64,000 nucleotides of DNA, from assembly GCA_016208485.1 (NCBI GenBank), contig JACQXY010000010.1:1431-65430 (forward strand), given 5' to 3'. A program made the position numbers and the translations under genes. The stretch is from Acidobacteriota bacterium. Its GTDB lineage: Bacteria > Actinomycetota > AC-67. Numbering within the stretch: position 1 is the first letter of the stretch; every line of letters starts with the position of its first letter. Below the pieces are notes generated by a model. That model was given only the letters and a program-made list of their open reading frames with translations. It was not told the DNA's origin and made no database searches. Shown here piece after piece: positions 20,378 through 29,942 of the stretch.

Positions 20378-22012
20378 TCATCGTGGATTCCCCGCTCGTT
20401 CGAGCAGCTTGGCGAAATCGTAGTTGACGCTGGTCACACCGAAGTCGGGCTCGCGCTGGAAGGGGCGCCGCAGGTAACGCACGCGGTGGGTGTCGCCATT
20501 CAGGAACTCGACCAGAGCGAGGATGAAGTCGTCCGGTTTGTTGAGGCTGGTGAGGATCTCGTTCTTGGTCACCGTGACGGTGTCCGCGCCGGACACCCGG
20601 CCCTTCACCTCGATGAACCGCAACTTGCCGGTGCCGGGGGCGCGGCTCTCGACGTCGTAGCCGAGTCTCTCGAATTCGCGGTCGGTCGGCTCGAAGCCCA
20701 GGCCGCGCTCAATCTCCATCACGATCTCTCTCGCGCGCGCGGCGCTCGCCTGGGTGTCGGTGGGACTCGCGGGCCCGGCGGGCGCGCGACCGGTCATGGC
20801 GGCGACCAGCCCGATCGGCACGACCAGCAGACCGCCCAGCACCACCGGGGGCAGCGCCGAGATCTGGGCCTCTCGATCCAGCTCCGCGAGGCGCCTCTCG
20901 AGCCGGGCCTGCATCTCGTCGGCGCGGCGGCGTGCCTCCTGGGAGTTGAGCCGCGCGCCGGCCCTGCCGGCTTGTTCCTGGAGCTTGAGCTGCTCGGCGC
21001 GGTGGTCCCAGTAGGTGATCTCCTTGGTCAGTCGGTCCATCACGGCGGCGCGGGTCTTCTCGATCCACGCAAGGCGCCGGCCGCGCACCTCGGCGATGTG
21101 CTCGGGCACGACGTGCTCGATGGCGTGGCCCTGCGCCTTCTGCTCCAGCGCGCGTGTGATCCAGGCGCACTCGGGGCGGGCAAGGAGGTTGACCACCGGT
21201 GGCTCATCCTCGGCAAGTGGGCGGTAGTCGAGATACGGCGCGTAGTACGGGTGGCGCGTGCGCCCCGCGGCGTCCATCTCGACGTGGAGCATCCGCCGCG
21301 AGATCGTGCGGCGCTCGCCGGAGGGGAGAACGCTCGCATCCTGGATGGCGTGTTCGAGGAAGAGGAGCACGCGCGGGCTCGTGCCCGGGTCGCGCTCGTC
21401 TACCAGCACGGTGCCGCGCTTCAGGAGATCGCGGTGACGCTCGAGCGTGAGGTCGAGCACCGCGTCGAGCAGCGGGTGGCCGGGGCAGACGAAGGCCGCC
21501 AGAGGCTGACCCGGCGGCGCGATTAGGTCCTTCTCGAAGGTGATGCGCTCGTAGCGCGCGAGCACCGGATCGCCGGCGCCGATCTGGCGGTCACGGCTCC
21601 GGACCGGCGCGGGCACGTGGGTGATCTCGTAGCGACGCGGCTCGCGCTGGCGAACGGTGCCGCCGAGGCGACGGAAGGCCTCGAGGAAGAACGACTCGAT
21701 GTAGTGTGGCTGCAAGCGCCGCGCCTCGGCGCGCTCCATGTCCTCGCGCACGCGCGCGACGCGCCTGGAGTCCATCGCGTCGTGTGCGAGCGCCCGGTCC
21801 TCGATGAGTCCCTGCAGGTGCGCCCGGTCCACACGTGGTTCGTCGTGCCGGTAGAGGATCTCATCGGCCACGCGACCGTTCGGCCCGCGGTACACCAGGG
21901 TCAGGGCGTCCGAGCCGTGCCACTCGACGCCGACGACGGTGACTGCCGCATCCGGCAAGATGCCCCGGAGGGTCGCGTCGGGTTGGAGGTCCTCGAGCCT
22001 CAGCAAGGGCAC
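20378..22012 (-). pseudogene. C-terminal half of a defence-type helicase-related protein ending in a DUF3883 domain; the helicase core is absent
   Basis: C-terminus GLGFEPTDREFERLGYDVESRAPGTGKLRFIEVKGRVSGADTVTVTKNEILTSLNKPDDFILALVEF matches DUF3883. Only 219 nt of non-coding DNA separate it from the divergent mutase gene, so no N-terminal ATPase region can be present. Confidence 0.5.
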
Positions 22013-22231
22013 GCTCCCATCAGCGCCTGCCGCGAACGCGGGGGTCGCAGCTCGGATTCGCTTCGGGGCGCACCCATGAGACGGGCTCCATCCATGCGGG
22101 GCAGTGGATTTTCGGGCTCGCGCCAGGATAACACCTGGCTACGACAGTTCCGGCTCCGGATGGTCCGCGATTTGCCGCCCGTAGCCGTCCGTTCTCGCCG
22201 CTCCGCTGCGAGCCCGTAGAATGCGATCAAG

Positions 22232-23830
22232 ATGCCCGCCGGCGAGCGCTCCACCCCTTCGGGGATCCCCGTCGAGCCGGTCTACGGGCCGGAGTCCCTG
22301 CCGGGGTTCGACCCGGCCGCGGAACTCGGGAGCCCCGGCGAGTTCCCTTACGCGCGCGGCGTTTACCCGGACATGTACCGGGGCCGCGTCTGGACCATGC
22401 GCCAGTACGCGGGCTACGCGAGCGCGCGCGAGTCCAACGCCCGCTACCGCTACCTCCTCGAGCACGGCCAGACGGGCCTGTCGGTCGCCTTCGATCTCCC
22501 GACACAGATGGGACATGACTCCGACGACCCGGTCGCCGCGGCCGAGGTCGGCAAGGTTGGAGTCGCGATCGACTCCCTGGCGGACATGAGGATCCTGTTC
22601 GACGAGATCCCGCTCGACCGGGTCTCGACGAGCATGACGATCAACGCGCCGGCCTCGGTGCTGCTGCTCCTCTACGAGCTGGTCGGCGAGGAGCAAGGGG
22701 TCGCGCCGGAGCGGCTCACCGGCACGATCCAGAACGACATCCTGAAGGAGTACGTGGCGCGCGGCACCTACATCTTTCCGCCGGAGCCCTCCATGCGCCT
22801 GGTTACCGACACCTTCGCGTACTGCGCCGAGCGCATGCCGCGCTTCAACATGATCTCGATCTCCGGCTATCACATGGCCGAGAAGGGCGCGACCGCCATC
22901 CAGGAGGTCGCCTTCACCCTGGCCGATGCGATCGCATACGTGGAGGCCGGCGTGCGGGCCGGGCTCGCGGTGGACGATTTCGCGCCGCGCCTTTCGTTCT
23001 TCTTCGTGGCGCGCGAAAGCCTCTTCGAGGAGGTCGCGAAGTTCCGCGCGGCGCGCCGCCTGTGGGCGCAGGTCATGCGCGAGCGGTTCGGCGCGCGGGA
23101 CCTGCGGTCGCTCGCGCTCCGCTTTCACACCCAGACGGCCGGCGTGCAGCTCACCGCCCAACAGCCGGAGAACAACATCGTGCGCGTGGCGATCCAGGCG
23201 CTCGCCGCGGTCCTCGGCGGGACGCAGTCCCTGCACTGCAACGCGTTCGACGAGGCGCTCGCGCTGCCGACGGAGCGGGCGGCGAAGATCGCCCTCCGGA
23301 CCCAGCAGATCCTCGCGCACGAGACCGGCGCTACAGACACAGCCGACCCGCTCGGCGGCTCGTGGTTCGTCGAGTCGCTCACGCGCGAGGTGGAGGCCGG
23401 CGCGCGGGCTTATCTCGGGGAGATCGAGCGGCGCGGGGGCGCCGTCGGCTGCATCGAGTTCATGCAGCGCGAGATCGAGGAGTCCGCCTACCGCGAGGCG
23501 CAGGACGTCGAGGCCGGCCGGCGGGTCGTCGTCGGCCTCAACCGCTACCTCGAGCCGGGCGGCGGCGAGGTCGAGACCCTGAGGGTGGACCCCGGCGTGC
23601 AGCGGGAGCAGGCCGGCCGGCTCGCCGAGGTGCGCGCCGGCCGCGACGGCGCGACGGTCGCAACCGCGCTCGAGGATCTGCGCGCGGCGGCGAAGGGGAC
23701 TGAGAACCTGCTTCCCCCGATGCGCCAGGCCCTCCGGCGGATGGCGACGGTCGGCGAGGTCTGCGGGGTCCTGCGCGAGGAGTTCGGGGCCTGGCGTCCG
23801 GCGACGCATGGGAGAGCCGGCCGCCCGTGA
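22232..23830 (+). CDS. Methylmalonyl-CoA mutase family protein, substrate-binding TIM-barrel subunit only (no B12-binding domain in this ORF)
   Basis: 532 aa with mutase large-subunit motifs ([76 protein letters not shown]). Confidence 0.85.
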   Translation: MPAGERSTPSGIPVEPVYGPESLPGFDPAAELGSPGEFPYARGVYPDMYRGRVWTMRQYAGYASARESNARYRYLLEHGQTGLSVAFDLPTQMGHDSDDPVAAAEVGKVGVAIDSLADMRILFDEIPLDRVSTSMTINAPASVLLLLYELVGEEQGVAPERLTGTIQNDILKEYVARGTYIFPPEPSMRLVTDTFAYCAERMPRFNMISISGYHMAEKGATAIQEVAFTLADAIAYVEAGVRAGLAVDDFAPRLSFFFVARESLFEEVAKFRAARRLWAQVMRERFGARDLRSLALRFHTQTAGVQLTAQQPENNIVRVAIQALAAVLGGTQSLHCNAFDEALALPTERAAKIALRTQQILAHETGATDTADPLGGSWFVESLTREVEAGARAYLGEIERRGGAVGCIEFMQREIEESAYREAQDVEAGRRVVVGLNRYLEPGGGEVETLRVDPGVQREQAGRLAEVRAGRDGATVATALEDLRAAAKGTENLLPPMRQALRRMATVGEVCGVLREEFGAWRPATHGRAGRP

Positions 23831-25038
23831 GAGGGATCTCGTTCCGGGCCCGGGCGATGGCGCTCGTCGGGCTCTGCGTGCTCCTGGTCGGCACCGCTCT
23901 CGTCCTGATCGAGAGCGGGCGGATCAGGGAGCTGATTCTCAGCGAGAGGGCCGCCCAGGTGGCTCGGGTCGCCCGCCACGTGGAGGAGGGAGCGACCAAG
24001 GCTTACCTCTCCGGGGGCCGGGAGGCCGCCCTCGCGTTCCTGCGCCAAGAGGCGGTCCATGAGGTCCTGTCGCTGGGAGCGGAGAAGGTCATCATCACCG
24101 ACGGCGCCCGAAAGATCCTCGCCCACTCCGACCCCGCGCTCGTGGGGCGGATCTACTCCGGGGAGGAGGTCGCCGAGGTCCTGGAGAGCGGCCGGCCGGT
24201 GACCGGCGCGGAGACGGCTTCGGAGTTCGCCTTCGCCGTGCCCCTGGCCATCCCCGGTGGCCCTCCGGGTGCGTTCGAGGCCGAGGTCGATATTCCGGCG
24301 CTCTACTCGACGATCGCCACGGTCAGGCGGCAGGCGCTGCTCGCGAGCCTGATCGTCCTCACGGTGGCCCTCCCGCTCACCTCCTGGTCGGCGAACCGCC
24401 TGCTCGGCCGGGTCTACGACCGGGAGCGCCGAGCCTCCGAGCGCCTGAGGGAGGCGGAGCGCCTGAAGAGCGACCTGGTGGCGGCCGTCTCCCACGAGTT
24501 CCGGACGCCGCTCGCCGCGATCATCGGATATCTGCGAACCCTGCTTCGCTCCGGACTGGACGCGACCGCCGAGGAGCGGGCGGCCTTCCTCGATTCCGCC
24601 GAGCGCCAAGCGGGCAGGCTCGAGCGGCTCGTCGAGACCCTCCTGGCGACGGCCGGGATCGAGCGCGCCGGCCGCGTCTCGCCGGAGCCGGTCGATCTGG
24701 CGGAGCTCGGGGAGGATCTCCGGAGAGAGTTCTCCGCCCGCGCTCCGGCGCACCGCTTCGAGCTCGCTCTGCCGGCCGGCCTTCCCCAGCTCGCGACCGA
24801 GAGGGAGAAGGTGCACCTGATCCTCGCGAACCTGCTCGACAACGCGATCAAGTTCTCCCCGCCCGGCTCGACGGTGAGTCTTGCGGCCGAAGCGCGCCCG
24901 GGGGAGATCCGCCTGGCGATAGCGGATGAAGGCCCGGGCATCGCTCCGGAGAAGCTCCGGACGCTGTTTCGCCCGTTCGCGCAGCTCGACTCGTCGGCGA
25001 CGAGGAAGGCGGGGGGCCTTGGGAAAGCGCCGGGATAA
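23827..25038 (+). pseudogene. Sensor histidine kinase, 3'-truncated inside the HATPase_c G2 box (ends ...RKAGGLG then KAPG-stop)
   Basis: TM helix plus HisKA (AAVSHEFRTPLAAIIGYL), N-box (LANLLDNAIKF) and G1 box (DEGPGIAPE). The expected GxGLGL and the C-terminus are missing. Group II intron sequence follows immediately. Confidence 0.65.
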
Positions 25039-25039
25039 G

Positions 25040-26948
25040 CCGGCATGGAGTGGAGGATGAAAGAGCCTTACGGGGAAGGAGTAGCGACCCACCCCGGCCC
25101 CGAGTCATGCGGCTCCGCTCGTGAGGGTGGGGCTGAAGCGTTGACAGGGGGACGTGCAGGCCGGCTATTGAGCCGCGAAATCACCTCTTCGGGGCGCCGA
25201 CGTTGTCCAAAGGTGCGGAAGGCAACACCTGACGGCGCGCTTTCGCGAGTGCTGTCAGGGCCCCGCGCGGTCAGAGACCCTGTGCATGTGCGTCACGCTC
25301 CATGCGCGAGAACCGGGAGGGCTCACGGCCAGACGGCCCCCGGACGGTGGGGGTCGCCTCGCATGGGGAAGGCGGTGGCTGTAATCCCATGATGCACGGC
25401 CGTGAGCAGTCGGATGGCCTCGTAGTACCTGCGAAGCCCCGGAACAACGCCGGCGGGGTGCCGGCGGCGGACGGGGTGGAGGGAAGGGGGTCAGCCAAGA
25501 GGAACCCGCAACAGCCCACCACGCGCCGGACGCAGAGCCGGGCAAGCGTGCCTGCGGGGTTGGAGCGGGTGCGTCAGGCTGCTCGGAAGGATAAGGACGC
25601 GAGGTTCACGGCGCTTCTGCATCACGTCACGCCGGAGCTGCTCCGGGAGTCCTACCTCGGCTTGAAGCGGAGGGCGGCTCCTGGGGTGGATGGGGTGACG
25701 TGGCAGCAGTACGGGCAGGACCTGGAGGCCAACCTCCGGGATCTGCATGCTCGGCTGCATCGGGGAGCGTACCGACCGAAACCGTCCCGCAGGGCGTATG
25801 TGTCCAAGGCCAACGGGCGGATGCGTCCGCTTGGGATCGCCGCAGTGGAGGACAAGGTCGTCCAAGCCGCGGTGGCTACGGTGCTGAGCTCTGTGTGGGA
25901 GCAGGATTTCATCGGCTTCTCCTACGGGTTCCGGCCCGGTCGCAGCCCGCATGACGCGCTGGATGCGTTGGCGGCTGCGGTCAAGCGGGGGAGGGTGAAC
26001 TGGATCCTCGACGCGGACGTTCGTGACTTCTTTTCGGCCGTCAGCCACGAATGGACGCAGCGGTTTGTCGAGGATCGGATCGCGGACCCGCGGATCCTGC
26101 GGCTCATCCGTGCCTGGTTGACCGCAGGGGTGATGGAGGACGGGAAGGTGACGTGGGAGCAGGCAGGGACCGTTCAGGGCGCGACGATCTCGCCCCCGCT
26201 CGCGAACCTGTATCTGCATCACGTCTTCGACCGGTGGGCTCACGAGTGGAGGGGGCGGCACGCGAGGGGCAAGGTTTATCTCGTGCGGTTCGCCGACGAC
26301 ATCATCGTGGGCTTCGAGCACCGGGAGGACGCCGAGCGGTTCCGGGGAGAGCTGCGAGAGCGGCTCGCGGCCTTCGACCTGGAGCTGAACCCGGAGAAGA
26401 CGCGCCTGATCGAGTTCGGGCGGTTCGCCGCTCGTAACCGGGCGGCGCGCGGACTGGGCAAGCCGGAGAACTTCACCTTTCTGGGGTTCACGCACATCTG
26501 CGGGACCTCCCGGAAAGGTGGGTTCCAGCTCGTTCGGCAGACCAACCGGACCCGGCTGCGGAGAAAGCTCCGCGAGATCAGGCGGGAGCTTCGTCGCCGG
26601 ATGCACGCTTCCATCCCGGAGCAAGGCGCATGGCTGCGACGGGTGGTTCAGGGACACTTTAACTACTACGCGGTCCCGACGAACATCCACGCACTCAGCG
26701 CCTTCCGGAAACAGGTCGGCCGCCACTGGATACGGACGCTTCGGCGCCGGAGCCAGAGGGGCCGCCGACTCACCTGGCAGCGGATGTATCCATGGATCGA
26801 CCGCTGCCTTCCGCGCGCTCGCATCCTGCATCCCTGGCCCGAGGACCGCTTCGACGCTCGACTCAAGGCAAGAGCCGTATGAGGCAACCCTCACGTACGG
26901 ATCCGTCCGGGGGGCCCCGGGTAACCGGGGTCCCTACCGGGCCTCGAC
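25040..26948 (+). mobile_element. Bacterial group II intron (about 1.9 kb) with an RT/maturase ORF in domain IV; boundaries approximate
   Basis: Domain V-like hairpin GAGCCGTATGAGGCAACCCTCACGTACGGATC at 26872-26904 (AGC triad). Domain VI-like GNRA-capped hairpin CCCGG-GTAA-CCGGG with a bulged A near 26936. An IEP ORF is present. The 25045-25392 ORF (MKEPYGEGVATHPGPESC...) looks like a domain-I translation artefact. Confidence 0.65.
25389..26882 (+). CDS. Group II intron-encoded reverse transcriptase/maturase (no endonuclease domain evident)
   Basis: RT motifs APGVDGVTWQQY, RRAYVSKANGRMRPLGIAAVEDKVVQ and FADDIIV (the YADD equivalent), plus the maturase X region. N-terminus QSDGLVVPAKPRNNAGG is typical of bacterial IEPs. 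The ORF stop lies inside domain V. Confidence 0.85.
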   Translation: MMHGREQSDGLVVPAKPRNNAGGVPAADGVEGRGSAKRNPQQPTTRRTQSRASVPAGLERVRQAARKDKDARFTALLHHVTPELLRESYLGLKRRAAPGVDGVTWQQYGQDLEANLRDLHARLHRGAYRPKPSRRAYVSKANGRMRPLGIAAVEDKVVQAAVATVLSSVWEQDFIGFSYGFRPGRSPHDALDALAAAVKRGRVNWILDADVRDFFSAVSHEWTQRFVEDRIADPRILRLIRAWLTAGVMEDGKVTWEQAGTVQGATISPPLANLYLHHVFDRWAHEWRGRHARGKVYLVRFADDIIVGFEHREDAERFRGELRERLAAFDLELNPEKTRLIEFGRFAARNRAARGLGKPENFTFLGFTHICGTSRKGGFQLVRQTNRTRLRRKLREIRRELRRRMHASIPEQGAWLRRVVQGHFNYYAVPTNIHALSAFRKQVGRHWIRTLRRRSQRGRRLTWQRMYPWIDRCLPRARILHPWPEDRFDARLKARAV

Positions 26949-27356
26949 GCTGAAACGGTCCGGCGGCGCCTTCGCGAACTCGACCGGCGCATCGGGGCGC
27001 TCGGCGCGATCCGGGCCGGTGGGCGCGCCGCGTTCCTCGCCGACGAGGGGGTTCAGGCTCAGGCGGAGCGGCACGTGCAGCTTGCCGTGCAGTCGGCCAT
27101 CGATGTCGCACTCCACATCGTTGCCGAGGCCTCGGCCGCCACCCCCGAGGAGTACGGCGCGGGGTTCATCGAGCTCGGGCGGCTCGGGATCATTGCGCCG
27201 GATCTCGCCGAGCGCCTGAGGGCAGCCGCCGGGCTGCGGAATGTCCTTGTCCACGCGTATCTAGACGTGGATCCGGCGAGGATCTGGGAGCACATCGAGG
27301 ACGTGGGGGACCTCCGGGACTTCGCAGCCGCGATCGACGCCTTCGTGGGCACCTGA
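26943..27356 (+). CDS. hepT: HepT (DUF86) toxin-like protein with no identifiable start codon: the frame is open from 26925 and the first in-frame GTG is at 27075
   Basis: RNVLVHAY (Rx4HxY) HepT motif and an N-terminal coiled helix LDAETVRRRLRELDRRIGAL. No MNT partner upstream; the intron 3' end abuts the ORF. Confidence 0.5.
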   Translation, partial: LDAETVRRRLRELDRRIGALGAIRAGGRAAFLADEGVQAQAERHVQLAVQSAIDVALHIVAEASAATPEEYGAGFIELGRLGIIAPDLAERLRAAAGLRNVLVHAYLDVDPARIWEHIEDVGDLRDFAAAIDAFVGT

Positions 27357-27370
27357 CTTCGCGATATCCT

Positions 27371-28438
27371 ATGTTCGTGCGCGCGCGAACAGAGAACACC
27401 ACACCCCGCCGCCGGTCTGCCCTGGCTGTGGGCGCCATCGAAGACATCGCGAAGGTCCTGTCGGGGTTGGGCTTCGTTGCCGAGCCCGGGGCCGGGCGGG
27501 GGGACCTGGTCGTGAGAGCCGGCCGGGAAGCGGTCCCAGTGGAGGTGGAGTTCGCGGCCACCCCCTCGACCACCGCGATCGGATGCCTCATCGCGGCGCG
27601 CCGGCGGAGAGGGCCGGTCGGCGTTCGAGTGCTCGTCGCCGACCGTGTCCCCCTTGCGGGCAGGGAGCTGCTGCGCGCCGCCGGCTGGGGATGGCTGGAT
27701 CGCCGAGGTCACCTGAGGCTCTGGGCGCCCGGTCAGGGGCTGCTCGTGGAGACCGCTGTGGAATCCTTGCTCCCGGCGAGCGGATCGAGCCCCGATCCCA
27801 TCAGGAGCCGAGTCCGGCTGGAGGTCGCCATCTCCCTGCTGCTCGACCCGGCAATGGAGGTGTCGGTTCGAGCCCTGTCTCGGTCGCTGGGGCGCGCGCC
27901 TAGCGCGGTCTCGGTCGCGCTCGCGGATCTGCGCGGGGCATCGCTCGTGACGGCCGGATCGAAGCCCCTCGTCCCGGAACTCTTCGACGAGGTCGCCGGC
28001 CACTGGGCCCCCGAGCGCACACCGCTGGGAGGGGCGCCGTCGCTGGAGGAGACCCGACTCCTGCAGCGTCCGGCTTTCAACGTCGAGGATCTGGACAGCC
28101 CGGGATGGGCGCTGACCGACACGCAGGCGGCCCGCCACTACGGGGCACCCGTCGTCGTCGCGGGGGACCAGCCGCCGGACTTCTACGTGCCGTCGGCGCG
28201 TGCTCTCCGGGATGCCGTCAACCAGTTCGGGCTCGCCCCCGTGTACGAGGCGCGGGCCTGCACGGTCTCGATTCCACCCGTCGGCGCCGCTGTGTGCCCC
28301 CGGTACCGCGTTGCGGACACCATCTGGCCTCTCGCGCATCCGCTCTTCGTCGGGCTCGAGCTGGCGCGTGACCGGTCTCGGGGGCGCGAGATCCTCGATG
28401 GCTGGACGCCCCACGTTGAGTTCACTCGTGTCTGGTGA
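27371..28438 (+). CDS. Hypothetical protein with an internal winged-helix-like segment; possible AbiEi-like antitoxin partner of the downstream DUF1814 gene
   Basis: 355 aa. Segment SVRALSRSLGRAPSAVSVALADLRGASLV is wHTH-like. Its stop overlaps the downstream GTG start by 4 nt. Confidence 0.45.
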   Translation: MFVRARTENTTPRRRSALAVGAIEDIAKVLSGLGFVAEPGAGRGDLVVRAGREAVPVEVEFAATPSTTAIGCLIAARRRRGPVGVRVLVADRVPLAGRELLRAAGWGWLDRRGHLRLWAPGQGLLVETAVESLLPASGSSPDPIRSRVRLEVAISLLLDPAMEVSVRALSRSLGRAPSAVSVALADLRGASLVTAGSKPLVPELFDEVAGHWAPERTPLGGAPSLEETRLLQRPAFNVEDLDSPGWALTDTQAARHYGAPVVVAGDQPPDFYVPSARALRDAVNQFGLAPVYEARACTVSIPPVGAAVCPRYRVADTIWPLAHPLFVGLELARDRSRGREILDGWTPHVEFTRVW

Positions 28439-29198
28439 GGTCGTGCTCCTCGCGGATCGCGAGGGGAGCCTGGAGAGGCTCGTGGGCGCGATCGGAGAGC
28501 TGGAGCGCCAGGGCCTTCCAGCCCGCCACGCCCTGATCGGGGGCCTCGCGGTGATGGCCCGTCTCGCCCGGCGGCATCGCCCGACGGGCGACATCGACGC
28601 GGTCTACGCCGAGGGGGAGGTGGACGTCGTCCAGTTACTCGTCGAGCGTGGCGCCGATCGCCAGCGCGAGGGCGTGGTCCTTCCCGAGGGCCTCAAGCTC
28701 GACCTCATCGCGGTCGGCGACTTCGATCCGGCGGATGTGCCCGACGACGCGCGTCCGCGCGCGTTCGTTCTCTCGCACCGCTGGGCCCTGGACACCGCGG
28801 ATTCGGTCACGCTCGCGGTTGCCCGCTCATCCGGCGACGTGGTGCTCCGCGTGCGCGCGCCGGTTGCCTCGGCCGCTGCTCTCGTTGCTACGAAGCTGCA
28901 GTCGGCGCTCTGGCGTTCGGAGATCCGCCGGCACAAGCGCGCGGGTGACATCTACGACCTGTATCGGCTTCTCGATGCGCACGACGCCGGGGGGGACGTG
29001 GCGGCGGCGCTGGCGGTCTCCCCGCAGGATCTGGGGGCGCTCGCGCGAGAACTCGCGCGGCGGCTCCTCGTGGATGAGGCTGAGCGCTCCGCTCGATGGC
29101 TCCGGGCCGATGGCGGACCCGAGATGCAGGGAATCGGAGCGGCGGACCTGCGCGCCGTTGGGGAGCCCTTGGTCCGAAGGCTCGCGACCGGCCGCTGA
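28435..29198 (+). CDS. AbiEii / DUF1814-family nucleotidyltransferase (type IV TA or abortive-infection toxin-like)
   Basis: Motif I ALIGGLAVMARLARRHRPTGDIDAVY (GGxAxxxxxxxRxTxDID) and motif III KLQSALWRSEIRRHKRAGDIYDLYRLLD (K...R...DxYDL). Confidence 0.6.
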
Positions 29199-29942
29199 CC
29201 TCGACCATCCGCTCCGGGCGCGTGCCCGGCCGCGCACTCCGGCGGGCGAGCATCTGGGGCGGTGCGTCCCCCGGTGGTCTCCGAACGCGGGCCGCCCGTC
29301 CGGTCGGAGCATGAGGGACGCTGCTCTGCGTCGCGGAGTTCGCCCACGGCCGTCTTGACCAGGTGGGTGGCACACCGGGCGACCCTGGCTCCAGGCGCCC
29401 GCCCGCAGGCGCTGGCGCGGCAGACCGCCACAAGCCCGCTGGCGCCGGTCGCGTGCTGTGTGGCCGGAGTCTCCCCGTGGCGCTGCCTGATCATCTCCTG
29501 CGGTTCCGTTGCCGCAGCCGCCACGCCGCCATCGGATGGTGCGGAAGCTCCGGGTTCGCCTCGAGTCCCTCGAACATGGGCAGTGGATCGAATCGGTCCT
29601 CGTCGTAGAAGCGTTCGAGGTAGAAACGGTGTTTCTCGCCAGGGGCGAGGATCTCGCTGAGCGTGGGCTCCGCGGCCCTGCGGAGCAGGTCAAGGGTCGG
29701 GCGAAGACCCTTTCGGAGCGTGGGCCACAGAGCGTTGCGTCTCTAGCCTGCCTGGAGGCTCGGGATGAGTCCCGCTGCCGCCCGCGGGCGGTCGCGATCG
29801 CCCATCGCCAGATGATCCGCGGGCGACCCCACCCGGCAGGCCCGCCGGCTTCGCGCATTCCCCCATTGACAGCGTTCCGGCCCATGCGGGATACTTTGTA
29901 ATAGGTGTTTACAAACACTCCTACTCTCAAGGGGGACGACAA

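Noticed and set aside
22139-23809. 556-aa minus-strand ORF
   Set aside because: Antisense to the clearly recognisable mutase gene. Low-complexity composition.
25045-25392. 115-aa ORF MEWRMKEPYGEGVATHPGPESC...
   Set aside because: Interpreted as a fortuitous translation of group II intron domain I to III RNA sequence, not a protein gene.
29895-29915. Apparent palindrome GTGTTTACAAACAC upstream of the secreted protein gene
   Set aside because: On checking it is not self-complementary (reverse complement GTGTTTGTAAACAC); it is just part of an AT-rich promoter-like stretch.
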